Shown here in pieces: positions 47,401-56,168 of a stretch of 64,000 nt of DNA. The DNA lies in the NCBI GenBank assembly GCA_004764695.1, contig SMSO01000004.1:310001-374000 (forward strand), in the 5' to 3' direction. The translations under genes and the position numbers were made by a program. The first letter of the stretch is position 1. Each line of letters begins with the position of its first letter. The notes beneath the pieces were generated by a model, which saw nothing but the letters and a program-made list of their open reading frames with translations, was not told where the DNA came from and ran no database searches. The stretch comes from Schizochytrium sp. TIO01. Taxonomy: Eukaryota > Protista > Bigyra: Labyrinthulomycetes.

Positions 47401-49331
47401 CTGCCAGAGGGCCCCATGATGGCATGTACCATACCAGGGGCAAATGCTAGACTCACATCTTCCAAGATTTTGTAAGGCTTATCCCGACGAGATCTTGGGA
47501 GAGCCCAATAGGATAGGTACTTGACCATGAGATGGATTCTGCGATACTCTGTACTGCTTGCCTCGTTTAAAAGCTGTTGTTGGACTTCCTTAATACCTTC
47601 TTCATGATCATCACTTTCAACCAGCTTTACGCGTCTCCAATACGCATCAACTGTTCGTCGAAAGCGCCGTACCTGATGGTAACTTAAGCCAAAGGCAACG
47701 TGAAAAATCAAAAGAGTCATTGCTCCGTAAAACAACACCATATACTGTACGCAATGACTCAGGGATGACGCAACAGAGAGCGCTTCAACCTTGGTCAGGC
47801 ATTTTTCATTACACAAGAATGAACCGCATGAGTCTTGAAGAACATTTAAAGGTGTAGAAAGTGCAACACCCGAAGCTGTTTCCGAAATCCCGCCTGTACC
47901 ATTTAAAGCAATGAAGCTTTTCACAGCAGTGCGCACACTAAGCCCATCAATGGCGACGTTTTCCCAGACTTCATAATCGCGTTGAAAGGTGATTGTCCCA
48001 AAGTCTTCGATAGTCTCAACACGTTCTGTGATTCGATGCAATGATGTTGGAACAATGTACCCATGTTGCGCACAGGCCGTGACAAAAAAGTAATGGCTTG
48101 CGGCAATGCCGCGCAGGTCAACCGCATCAAGCACATCTGCCCGAACCATATCGCCATATGTCTCGATATAGATGCTTGCAGCAGATGCGAAAGATGCTGA
48201 ATCGTAATACGAATCGCGTTTCGTAGCATTAAGCAGACCAAGGAGCTCAAGCTGGATTAGATCATACCGACTTTGAATAAACAATAACTTTTCATTCCCT
48301 ACGTCTTGCAAGAGCTCATAAGGTAGAAAGCACCGCCAACGCAAGTCGCGCTCACTCGTGCCTCCAACCCTGGTCAGACAGTCAGCGTTAAAAGCGGCGC
48401 CATCTATCCAATCTTCAGTTTGTTTACGAAACAGATTCTCCACTAGATAAATATCGTCAGGAACGGCTGTATCTGGAGAAAATCCTTCAGTATTGAAAAA
48501 CCAAGGTGAGTCAAGCACAGCAAAGAGATCACGTTCACGTCCTGTATCTGTTGGGTCAAATTCATCATGAATGGCTTCTAAATCGTCTCGAATCCTATTG
48601 ATGAGGTTCATGACAGCAATAGCCCCCCCACGGGTCCCTCCAAAAATGACCCTGCTGGCCAATGTGAGATTATAGTTATATGTTAGCTCCATAAGTACAT
48701 TACGAAGGACACGTTGGCCTCGGTGTCTTTCGTTAGAGCCTGTCCCGTTCCCTAACCACCAATCGAGAGTGCAGGAAGGTATGAAAACTCTCCTGAATTT
48801 AGCAATGTCGTTGTCGTCGGGGCACAATATGGTTTGCGGCGTTACACGAGGATACGTATTCCACCAGTCGCTTGTACATATGACTCGTGAGTACAGACAT
48901 TGAGCTAACTCTTCTGAAATCTCACCACTTGTCAAAGTGTACAAAGCGTTGTCTCCAAAAAAGTCTTTGTTGGAATAGCCGTCACAGACTGTGTCGTCAT
49001 TATTTGCTCCCTTCACTGTGCCATTGCACAGCTCATCGCATTGGTTTCCAGAGCAGAGCTCCGAGTCTCCGAGCCATATAATATAATCTGCAGCGCCATC
49101 CTCATTAACAGAGTCTGATTCACCAAAATAAAAACCGTACTGTGATCCATCAGCGCAGCTTGCGTTCTCCGAATAATAATAAGACGACGACTCATACAGC
49201 GTTGTATTGAAGTCAGAATCACTTTCATATAGAACCAACTGTTGTGATGCTGTGCATTTTGTGCCTTGCGTTCGCTGTGTTGTGCCCGCGAGCCATATTC
49301 CCACAATCACAAAGCTTAGACTCCACCTCAT
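44442..49331 (-). CDS. Multidomain fusion: signal peptide + pectinacetylesterase/Notum-like (pseudo)hydrolase + TM + ABCG half-transporter (NBD-TMD) + voltage-sensor-like 4-TM domain
   Basis: Single 1,629-aa ORF. Hydrolase motifs ASCADGS, RVFIPSCTLDWWLG, RHRGQRVL, LDSPWF, FIQSRYD, CAQH. ABC motifs GPSGSGKST, YVRQ, ISGGQRRRVS, LLLDEPTSGLDS, TIHQP. ABC2 TMD. S4-like IVRLTRFMRLLVYWRK. Confidence 0.88.
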   Translation of the reverse strand: MRWSLSFVIVGIWLAGTTQRTQGTKCTASQQLVLYESDSDFNTTLYESSSYYYSENASCADGSQYGFYFGESDSVNEDGAADYIIWLGDSELCSGNQCDELCNGTVKGANNDDTVCDGYSNKDFFGDNALYTLTSGEISEELAQCLYSRVICTSDWWNTYPRVTPQTILCPDDNDIAKFRRVFIPSCTLDWWLGNGTGSNERHRGQRVLRNVLMELTYNYNLTLASRVIFGGTRGGAIAVMNLINRIRDDLEAIHDEFDPTDTGRERDLFAVLDSPWFFNTEGFSPDTAVPDDIYLVENLFRKQTEDWIDGAAFNADCLTRVGGTSERDLRWRCFLPYELLQDVGNEKLLFIQSRYDLIQLELLGLLNATKRDSYYDSASFASAASIYIETYGDMVRADVLDAVDLRGIAASHYFFVTACAQHGYIVPTSLHRITERVETIEDFGTITFQRDYEVWENVAIDGLSVRTAVKSFIALNGTGGISETASGVALSTPLNVLQDSCGSFLCNEKCLTKVEALSVASSLSHCVQYMVLFYGAMTLLIFHVAFGLSYHQVRRFRRTVDAYWRRVKLVESDDHEEGIKEVQQQLLNEASSTEYRRIHLMVKYLSYWALPRSRRDKPYKILEDVSLAFAPGMVHAIMGPSGSGKSTLLDILALTRDMGSISGGHYINGVASDSPSCKFLRQWLRHNTSYVRQADVIFPRLTVREHLVHAAWMMLPQYMTAEAKLRRVWQVMRLLELRECADTICGDGGVTVEGGISGGQRRRVSVATQLLKMPAVLLLDEPTSGLDSTNALLLIKSLHVMAHEASVNVIMTIHQPRREIFEYFDRLSFLVSGRVVFSGEAREAPRHFGISPAATNVANDILDMLQTCSDEHVHNFEYAYEQGALGEAVQEEMEYETAELTPAMLKDLKEILVENSLAEGRWSWSESSSAATLAWVHLSRSILRGGFEITTTTLLSLGGGVLVGVIFVDVNTYSSRTALAYLTVATMTFIEGTFLGDRYLGEKRMYDYEADAGTFRSWIAFLLSQFMRDAVSSTLEALAFSIPVYWIGGLNPDPERFGIFLLTMALTSLVVLCQNVLIEIDRDNVRIAAMLEIGLLGLGALFNGFIVRLSDLPTYLQWIPYIMVTYWSFVATLINDLAGVQLFAGSDLTTLEKASRTGDVILRSLSYDNRDEYMCILVLMIFVMVFRGLSAADFYIRYVRKRGDRVKRRTVDDETRMRPSNIALVFDEGSRRRLLATPKNNTMGTMLEAQTPTMKRSETAAKLSTYSTPLTTRNPRTPRTGTVSLTPSPLPHVSDFNLSQNRVDHIVSEGTPKGPHSEFSEESVTRGSRLSFLQHPVVAFILDRNMALLLFLSDFFSTMYICGAEVPKLEPGVIVASVSISILYGLYFFLQLFFLIPITLDGKLDCTWYGSRDAFLGFLSVADLALTSQVFASEGSLITQIILAMIVRLTRFMRLLVYWRKVDMYHRVTALSFLELKDELVEAAAEEQAAFEEMSKPQKRISGFDDYSEADIPKHPRRPAYQTTMERVPAAVRMRDRTRLSHNLSRRISWAEIPRGSSDEPNPQFPRQFAPSSFWRAAGDGYYYNAATGQMLSVLQLAQRRAPPPPPVSRQQPSSESESVHHIDEDDL

Positions 49332-49519
49332 TGCCTCGTCGAAATCTATTTGCTACAAATTCTGTGTTTTCCTTCTACAGTCGAACCTCTATTCCATAGA
49401 TAATCAGCGTTATCGCGTCTCTCTCAAAACAGTAGCACTCCTGGATCACCCTAACAAAAGCATCTAAGCCGCTCGCGTTTGGCAGTACTTGACAACGTTT
49501 GTCTCCAGGAGCATACGTT

Positions 49520-49880
49520 CTTCAAGTTCAAGCTTTGCCAACTCCAACACCCAAGCCGTCGCTACTAGAGCTGAGAGTTCTTCCACTCTCAATGACGGCC
49601 TTCGTGGGACCGACACTCCAAAATCCGTACTGCAAGTTCGAGAATTGCTTTTGAAGTGCTCTGGAGTAACCTCTAGCCTGTCCGCGGTTTCATATTGCCA
49701 GGTTTGCCACATTTCGATTGAAGTACTTCAACACCCTTTGCTGTGCGAATTGAATCGCTCATCAACATTACAATCCGTCAATGGGGGTATTCTGTAACAT
49801 ATTGCAAAATTTACATCACCATATTCCATATAACTCAAATCGTCAAGTTTGGACAGAGCTTCATGTAAATCCCAAAGTGC
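49520..49880 (-). pseudogene. Possible decayed protein kinase pseudogene
   Basis: Across frameshifts the minus strand reads SYMEYGDV, TAKGVEVLQSK..GNMKPR and TDFGVS in kinase subdomain V-VIa-VIb-VII order. Confidence 0.35.
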
Positions 49881-51518
49881 CTCTTTTAGGTCTCAGGAGA
49901 TGCTTGCGCGCAAACCTCGCGACGGCCGCTATTTTCAAAGTTTAACAGCTTCAAGTTCGAGCTCCACTCGTGCGAGATAGCTCCTAGCGCGTATCATAAA
50001 ATCCCACCTGACATACTTAAGGTTCCCGCAATCTTCAAGAGTGCATTTTGGTGCGGTTCTGCTGAAGGTCAGACTTGCAATCAATTCTGAGGCAACTTGA
50101 AGTATGTACTTACCTTGTAACTAGGTACCTACCTATCCATTCCACTTTGCTAGTATACAACGACGATGCAGATTGGTTTTAACGCGCACGCCTCTCTTGA
50201 GGCTCGCGTATGCCTCCACAGCAGAGCATACATGTCTATACAAACTACCCTGAGAATAGACGGTAATCAATTTGATTATCGAAATGGATTTAAGATGAGA
50301 AAGAATTGTTATTGTAGCACGTTTTTTTTTTAAGATTAGTATTTTCTAATTTTATTTTTTATTTTTTTAATAGAACGTATAATAAGTTATCATACCTTAT
50401 TTTTCACGACCATTTTCATATTCATTTCATATTGAATACTGCCATTGAGGCCCTTAGTACTGCTGATACTGCTGCTGCTGCTGCTAAGGCGAGACTCGTA
50501 CTAGGTACCTACCTAGGTATCCCCGAGACGGGCCTTAAGATTGTGAAGTCGTGCTGGAAGCTCGATTTGATCTTGCGAGCTGGCAGGGGTCCAGGATGGG
50601 TGCTAATCCAGTCCTATATGTTTTTTGTAGGACACACCCTCTCAAGAGCTTTCACTGCACATTTATAAACTCTTCCCGAGTCAGCTCTACTTCTTCTGTT
50701 AGAGTGTCCAAGAACTCCGGTCAAGCCAAATGTGAGCTCCCTTAGCAATAAACTCTTTATGGTTGCAAATCTCTAAGAATCTTTATAGCTTCTTCAGTCG
50801 TTCACTTCTATGATTTCTCAAACTTCTGGTTCTCGTGTTGCGCCCCTAAAAACTCCACCCCAATCAAAAACTCTGATCACCTATTCAAGTTGCCATTTTA
50901 AGGGTCTCTATTGAATTGAACCTACGAGTTATTCTGCTTTAGATCGATCGTCATGTAAGGATAGGCCTTTATTTAGACTTGTTTATACACACATGCACAC
51001 TTGAATTTTTCATTTTTGCGCGCGTGCCGCTGTCAAGTTCGAGGAAGTGATTCCTACTCCAACTCCGTTCGTCATTTCTACCGCTAGATTTGTAGTGCGG
51101 CGCTCGCCGCGCCACAGCAGTCGTGCAAATTGGCATCTTCGCTGGAACTCTTGTCCAGGCAGGAGCAGCTTGGATCGCAGACCTATGCATCATCCTCAAA
51201 GCATTGTTCGGTGATTCTCGTTGTTCACACATTTCTCTTTTCTCCCCAGGTAGTGTACATCAGCCCGGTGGTCTTGTAGAAAGGCCATAACTGCTGATCA
51301 TCAGCCTGGATTCCAGCGACGCGGCAAGCAACACAGTAGACCCGCCGGCGTCCCTCTCTCTCAACCTTGGAGATCTTCTTGCGCTTGACCTTGAGTTTCT
51401 TTAGATTACCTTGTCGATTACATTCGAACGACTTAGTTTGACTGACTGAGAAAGCAGCCAAGACGAAGAGCAACTTGACGAAGACTGCCTCGAGACGGCT
51501 CGTGCGGCGGCCATAAAT

Positions 51519-54500
51519 ATGCCGCGGAATAGCAAGACGAAAGCATGGGACCTGCCCAGAGTTCTTTCCAATTTTTACAAAGTCTATGCCCCGGAGAAAA
51601 TCGATGATGTGGATCGAGTTATTGCCCATTTTCAGGGCCGAGAAGATGACCTTATTGAGACGCTCGAGGACAAATACTCAGTGGCATTCAATCGTGACGG
51701 ATCCTTCGAAGATGTCATTCTTGAAGATGAGGATGATGACACACGGAACCCTGGTCTCGGAGACGAACTTGATGGCGAAGAAGAAGACGAGTCCTACACA
51801 TACGCAACGGACTCTGACGAAGAGGATCGTACCATTTCAGACGAGAGCTATGACTCAGATGAATTTGAACCGGACCCTGAACTCAAAGAAGAGTTGGAGT
51901 TTTCTATGAAGTCAGAAAAAGCGAAGGCTGCAGACTTTGCTCGGGCTGCAGCCGCTGTTATTGCAGCCAGACAACCACGGCAGCGCACTATTACAGAAAC
52001 ACTTGAAGACAATACCCGCAAATCAAAAAGTCGAAGCGTCTCGCACTCAGTCCGAAGTAGCAGACGGAACGTGCGAGCTTCCTCCAAACTCCGAAGAGCA
52101 TCCAAAGTTTCAACGTCGAGTCATTCCTCAAAATCGCGACGGCCTTCGCTTCACAAGTCTACGAGTAAAATGAGTCGTAGAAGTAGTGTGAGCAAGAAGG
52201 GCCTTAAAGCTAATCGTGACTTTGGATTTGTCGAGGTTGGTATCTCTGTTGCCGAGAAAGCAAAGTATCTAAGCAAGACTGGAACTGAAGTGTGGATTCG
52301 AGATGCTGACGAAGCTTGGATTTCTGGTGTAGTTGCTAATTCCAAAGCCGATGGGGAGGTGAGCGTTAAGATTAGCAACGGTCGTCGTAGCCAAGTCTTG
52401 TCTGTAGAACCTGACGACGTGGAGCCAGTCTTGGAACCCACTTCAAGCCTATACAAGGTAGACGATCTCACAAAGCTCAAAGCACTGCACGAACCTTCGC
52501 TTCTACAAGCTTTGCAAGAGCGATTTGCGCGTGATTCCATTTATACCTATACTGGACCAATTTTACTGGCCGTCAACCCTTTTAAGCCTCTTAACATTTA
52601 TGGCGAGGCAGTTGCTTCTCAATACACGGAGTCCAGTAAAGGCTTCACATCAAAAGGCTCCAGACTCAAACCAGTCGACCTGCCTCCTCACGTTTATAAG
52701 CTTGCTGACGATGCTTATCGTGCACTCATCGAGCGTGGTGGACGCAACCAGAGTATCCTTGTTAGCGGTGAGTCTGGCGCCGGCAAGACAGAAACTGTCA
52801 AAATTGTTCTAAATTACCTATCTTATGTAAGTTCCTTTGGACGCAAGCTTGGCAAGGTATACGCTGCAGATCGTGTTTTACGAGCGAATCCAGTATTAGA
52901 ATCCTTTGGTAATGCCAAAACACTACGCAATGACAACTCTTCTAGGTTTGGCAAATTTATTCAAGTTCAATTCGACGAGAATAAAGGTGACCTGAAAGGT
53001 GCATACATAGAGACATACCTTCTTGAAAAGGCGCGTGTTGTTCACCAAGCTAAAGGAGAAAGAAACTATCATATATTTTATGAGTTAGCAGCGGGAGCTA
53101 GTTCTGAGCAAAGGCGGCGTTGGAACTTTCCAAAGTCTCTCAAGTCTTGCCGATACACATGTCAAAGCGGAACAATGAAGCGATCAGATATTGATGATCT
53201 TGCTCAATTTCAAACAACAGTTGGAGCTATGGAAGTTCTCAACTTCTCACCTTCTGATGTTGAGCGGATTTTTCGATGCGTCGTTGCGGTGTTGCATCTC
53301 GGAAACATCGATTTCGACGAGACCATCAATAAGGAGGGACTTTCAGCGGCGTTTGTAGTCAATCCGGAGGAGTCCACTGAGCTTGCCTCCGAATTGCTCG
53401 GCATTGACGCGGGCCACTTGGAAGAAGTTCTCACCACGCGCATCATCAACATTTCTGGAAGCGAAAGTATGGTCAAGCCTATGAGTATGATTGAGGCAGA
53501 AGATGCTCGCGATGCGCTCGCTATGAACCTATATGAACGTGTCTTTGGGTGGGTTGTTTGGCGTACAAACCTAAGTATTGGCATGGATGATAAACAATAC
53601 GAGGCTATGCTCGCTCGGCAAGAACAGCAGCGACAGTACCTTGAACGAGCTCGGCGCCGCGGTGAAGAAGAGGATTTGGAAGAACTCGCTGCTGCTGGTC
53701 CTGTCCCAGCGGAAATCACCTCTGTAGGTGCCTCCCTTTCAATGAATCCATTTCGTATCAGCATTAATAAAGCATTTGCGCATGCTTTGCGAGTTTCTGG
53801 TCTCGCACGGCAATCAGACAGCGATCGTGAGCCTGCACATGACTATCTTATTGGCTGTCTCGACATCTTTGGATTTGAAGTCTTTCAAACAAACTCATTT
53901 GAACAGCTTTGCATCAACTACACGAACGAGCAACTTCAGCATCAGTTTAACGAGTTCGTGTTTCAGTATGAGCAAGAAGAGTATGTACGTGAGGGTATCG
54001 ACTGGACATTTGTCACATTTCCTGATAATGCAGAGTGCATATCCATGATCGAATCAAAACCAATTGGACTTCTCTCTCTAATTGACGAGGAGTGCTTATG
54101 GCCAAAGGGTACAGATGCCTCGCTTTGGGCCAAGCTGGAAACCAATCTTCCCAAAAAGTTCCCCGATCACTTTCTTATCACACGCTTTGATAGAGCAAAC
54201 TCGTCATTTACTATCCGTCATTTCGCAGGGGATGTATCATACTGTGTCACTGGATTTTGCATCAAAAATAAGAATGAACTACGCCAAGAAGCTGTAGATC
54301 TTATACGTTCTTCAACAGATCGCCTCGTCAGTATGTTACTACCAGCGAGTGCTGAAGCAGCAGCTGGAGGTGCTGATATGGCGGCTCATTTTGATAGCCT
54401 AATGTCTGAGAGCGGGAAGCCAACCCGACGCGCCCGAGGTGGCTCGCTCTCAGGACCTGCACCTCCTCAACGAGGCACCAAGATTCTTAAAACGACTGTA

Positions 54501-55754
54501 GGATCTAACTTCAAGAATCAACTCGCAAGTGCGATGGCAGTCATCCGTGGCAGTGACCCGCACTACATTCGATGTTTGAAACCGAATGCTGAAAATAAAC
54601 CGGGTCGTTTTGAGCGTCTCAGTATGATGAGTCAATTGCGATACTCTGGAGTGATTGAACTCGTTCGAGTTACCAAAGCTGGCTATCCAACACGGTTTTC
54701 ATTAGGCGACTTCATCGAGCGATTTGCAGTTCTTAGCTATGGTTTGCAAAAAGCAGCAAAGAAGGGCTCACAGCTTGCACAAAGTGGTAATCTCAGCGCT
54801 CAACGTGCTATGTGCAAGAAAATTTGTGATAACGTCAAAATCAAACACGGCGCGGACTATCAAATTGGGCATACAAAGATGTTTCTGCGCCAAGCTACTC
54901 TGTCATACTTGGAGATGAAGAAAGCTGAACGTACCTACGACAGTATTGTTCGAATCCAAAGGGCATTTCGTCAGTATCGAGCTGAGTTCAAGAAACGGTA
55001 TGCTGCGATTGTGATTCAGAGAAATGTCAGAGGATATCTAGTTCGTATGGAAACTGAAATTCTCTTGGAACGACGTGCACTTGCTGCTGAGATAATTCAG
55101 ACCAACCCTCATTTTCAACGCTGGCTTGATTGGGTTATGCGAAAGTCGAGAGCAGAGCGTCGCCGTCGCCGTCGTCGAGCAGTTCAGCGGCTTCCCTTTA
55201 CATGGCATACCCCGCCATGGGTGGAAAACAATAAAGATATTCTCATGTGGGTTGCGCCGGGTCTTTTCCTCTATTTTCTTCCATCCATTTTAAGATTAAT
55301 CGGCTCGGTCGTGCATAACTTCAACTTATTGCCGCTATTCGCTGCGATGCTAGCTTCAGGGATGTTTTTTGGGGGTCTGGGTATGCAACATGTAGAAGAC
55401 ATTTTGCATCATTTTCGGTCTGCGGCAATTGCAAGTGCATCTGCATCTTCTCGGAGGCATGCACGTGCAAGAAAATCAACAGCCCGTCGACGGTCTGTGG
55501 ATGATCGCTCGACCACAAGTCGTCGTAGCAGGGATCGTAAGAATAGGACCTCGTCGAGGAAGTCCCGCCGACGCGATGCTAACAGACGAGAAAATATTCG
55601 CGGTGTAGAAACCTCTGCTCGCTTCAATGCAAGAGCCACACGATTGCGTGCCGAAAAAGCCAAGTCAAAGCGCCGTTCTCAATCTTTTGAAATGTCTGCG
55701 TCAGGGGCTCGTGCACAGCCCAAATTTAGAGGTATTTATCTTTCACGGAAATGA
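51519..55754 (+). CDS. Unconventional myosin with N-terminal extension, SH3-like domain, motor, 2 IQ motifs, C-terminal hydrophobic segments and basic tail
   Basis: P-loop SGESGAGKT, switch I NDNSSRFGK, GERNYHIFY, switch II LDIFGFE, FEQLCINYTNE, PHYIRCLKPN. IQ motifs IQRAFRQY and IQRNVRGY. Confidence 0.93.
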   Translation: MPRNSKTKAWDLPRVLSNFYKVYAPEKIDDVDRVIAHFQGREDDLIETLEDKYSVAFNRDGSFEDVILEDEDDDTRNPGLGDELDGEEEDESYTYATDSDEEDRTISDESYDSDEFEPDPELKEELEFSMKSEKAKAADFARAAAAVIAARQPRQRTITETLEDNTRKSKSRSVSHSVRSSRRNVRASSKLRRASKVSTSSHSSKSRRPSLHKSTSKMSRRSSVSKKGLKANRDFGFVEVGISVAEKAKYLSKTGTEVWIRDADEAWISGVVANSKADGEVSVKISNGRRSQVLSVEPDDVEPVLEPTSSLYKVDDLTKLKALHEPSLLQALQERFARDSIYTYTGPILLAVNPFKPLNIYGEAVASQYTESSKGFTSKGSRLKPVDLPPHVYKLADDAYRALIERGGRNQSILVSGESGAGKTETVKIVLNYLSYVSSFGRKLGKVYAADRVLRANPVLESFGNAKTLRNDNSSRFGKFIQVQFDENKGDLKGAYIETYLLEKARVVHQAKGERNYHIFYELAAGASSEQRRRWNFPKSLKSCRYTCQSGTMKRSDIDDLAQFQTTVGAMEVLNFSPSDVERIFRCVVAVLHLGNIDFDETINKEGLSAAFVVNPEESTELASELLGIDAGHLEEVLTTRIINISGSESMVKPMSMIEAEDARDALAMNLYERVFGWVVWRTNLSIGMDDKQYEAMLARQEQQRQYLERARRRGEEEDLEELAAAGPVPAEITSVGASLSMNPFRISINKAFAHALRVSGLARQSDSDREPAHDYLIGCLDIFGFEVFQTNSFEQLCINYTNEQLQHQFNEFVFQYEQEEYVREGIDWTFVTFPDNAECISMIESKPIGLLSLIDEECLWPKGTDASLWAKLETNLPKKFPDHFLITRFDRANSSFTIRHFAGDVSYCVTGFCIKNKNELRQEAVDLIRSSTDRLVSMLLPASAEAAAGGADMAAHFDSLMSESGKPTRRARGGSLSGPAPPQRGTKILKTTVGSNFKNQLASAMAVIRGSDPHYIRCLKPNAENKPGRFERLSMMSQLRYSGVIELVRVTKAGYPTRFSLGDFIERFAVLSYGLQKAAKKGSQLAQSGNLSAQRAMCKKICDNVKIKHGADYQIGHTKMFLRQATLSYLEMKKAERTYDSIVRIQRAFRQYRAEFKKRYAAIVIQRNVRGYLVRMETEILLERRALAAEIIQTNPHFQRWLDWVMRKSRAERRRRRRRAVQRLPFTWHTPPWVENNKDILMWVAPGLFLYFLPSILRLIGSVVHNFNLLPLFAAMLASGMFFGGLGMQHVEDILHHFRSAAIASASASSRRHARARKSTARRRSVDDRSTTSRRSRDRKNRTSSRKSRRRDANRRENIRGVETSARFNARATRLRAEKAKSKRRSQSFEMSASGARAQPKFRGIYLSRK

Positions 55755-56168
55755 GGTAGCTTGTAATTCCGTGCTTTGATTTCAATGTCTACTTGTGTTT
55801 TTTATTGAAAAGTAAACTATGAAATTTTCGTTTGTGTTTTCTGTTTTTCATCGTTTGCTTATATTCGCATTGTTTAAGCCATCTTGTGAACAAGTCTTTT
55901 TCCAAATATCTTGCTTCCAAGAAACTTTGACAATTGAACAACCTACTTGCCATTTTCTATATTTCCACCTTTAATTTTAGAATCAGGCCAAAGTTATAGC
56001 TAAAATTAGGTGGTGAAGTACTTCTGGAAAGTTGGAGATGGCAAATCGGTATAGAGTAGGAGAGTGAAAAAAAATATGAATATAAAGAGAAAAAAATAAG
56101 AGTGTGTTGAATAAAAGGAAACCGAAGAAGACTACAGCGCCACATATACACATCCACTAAAACTATAG

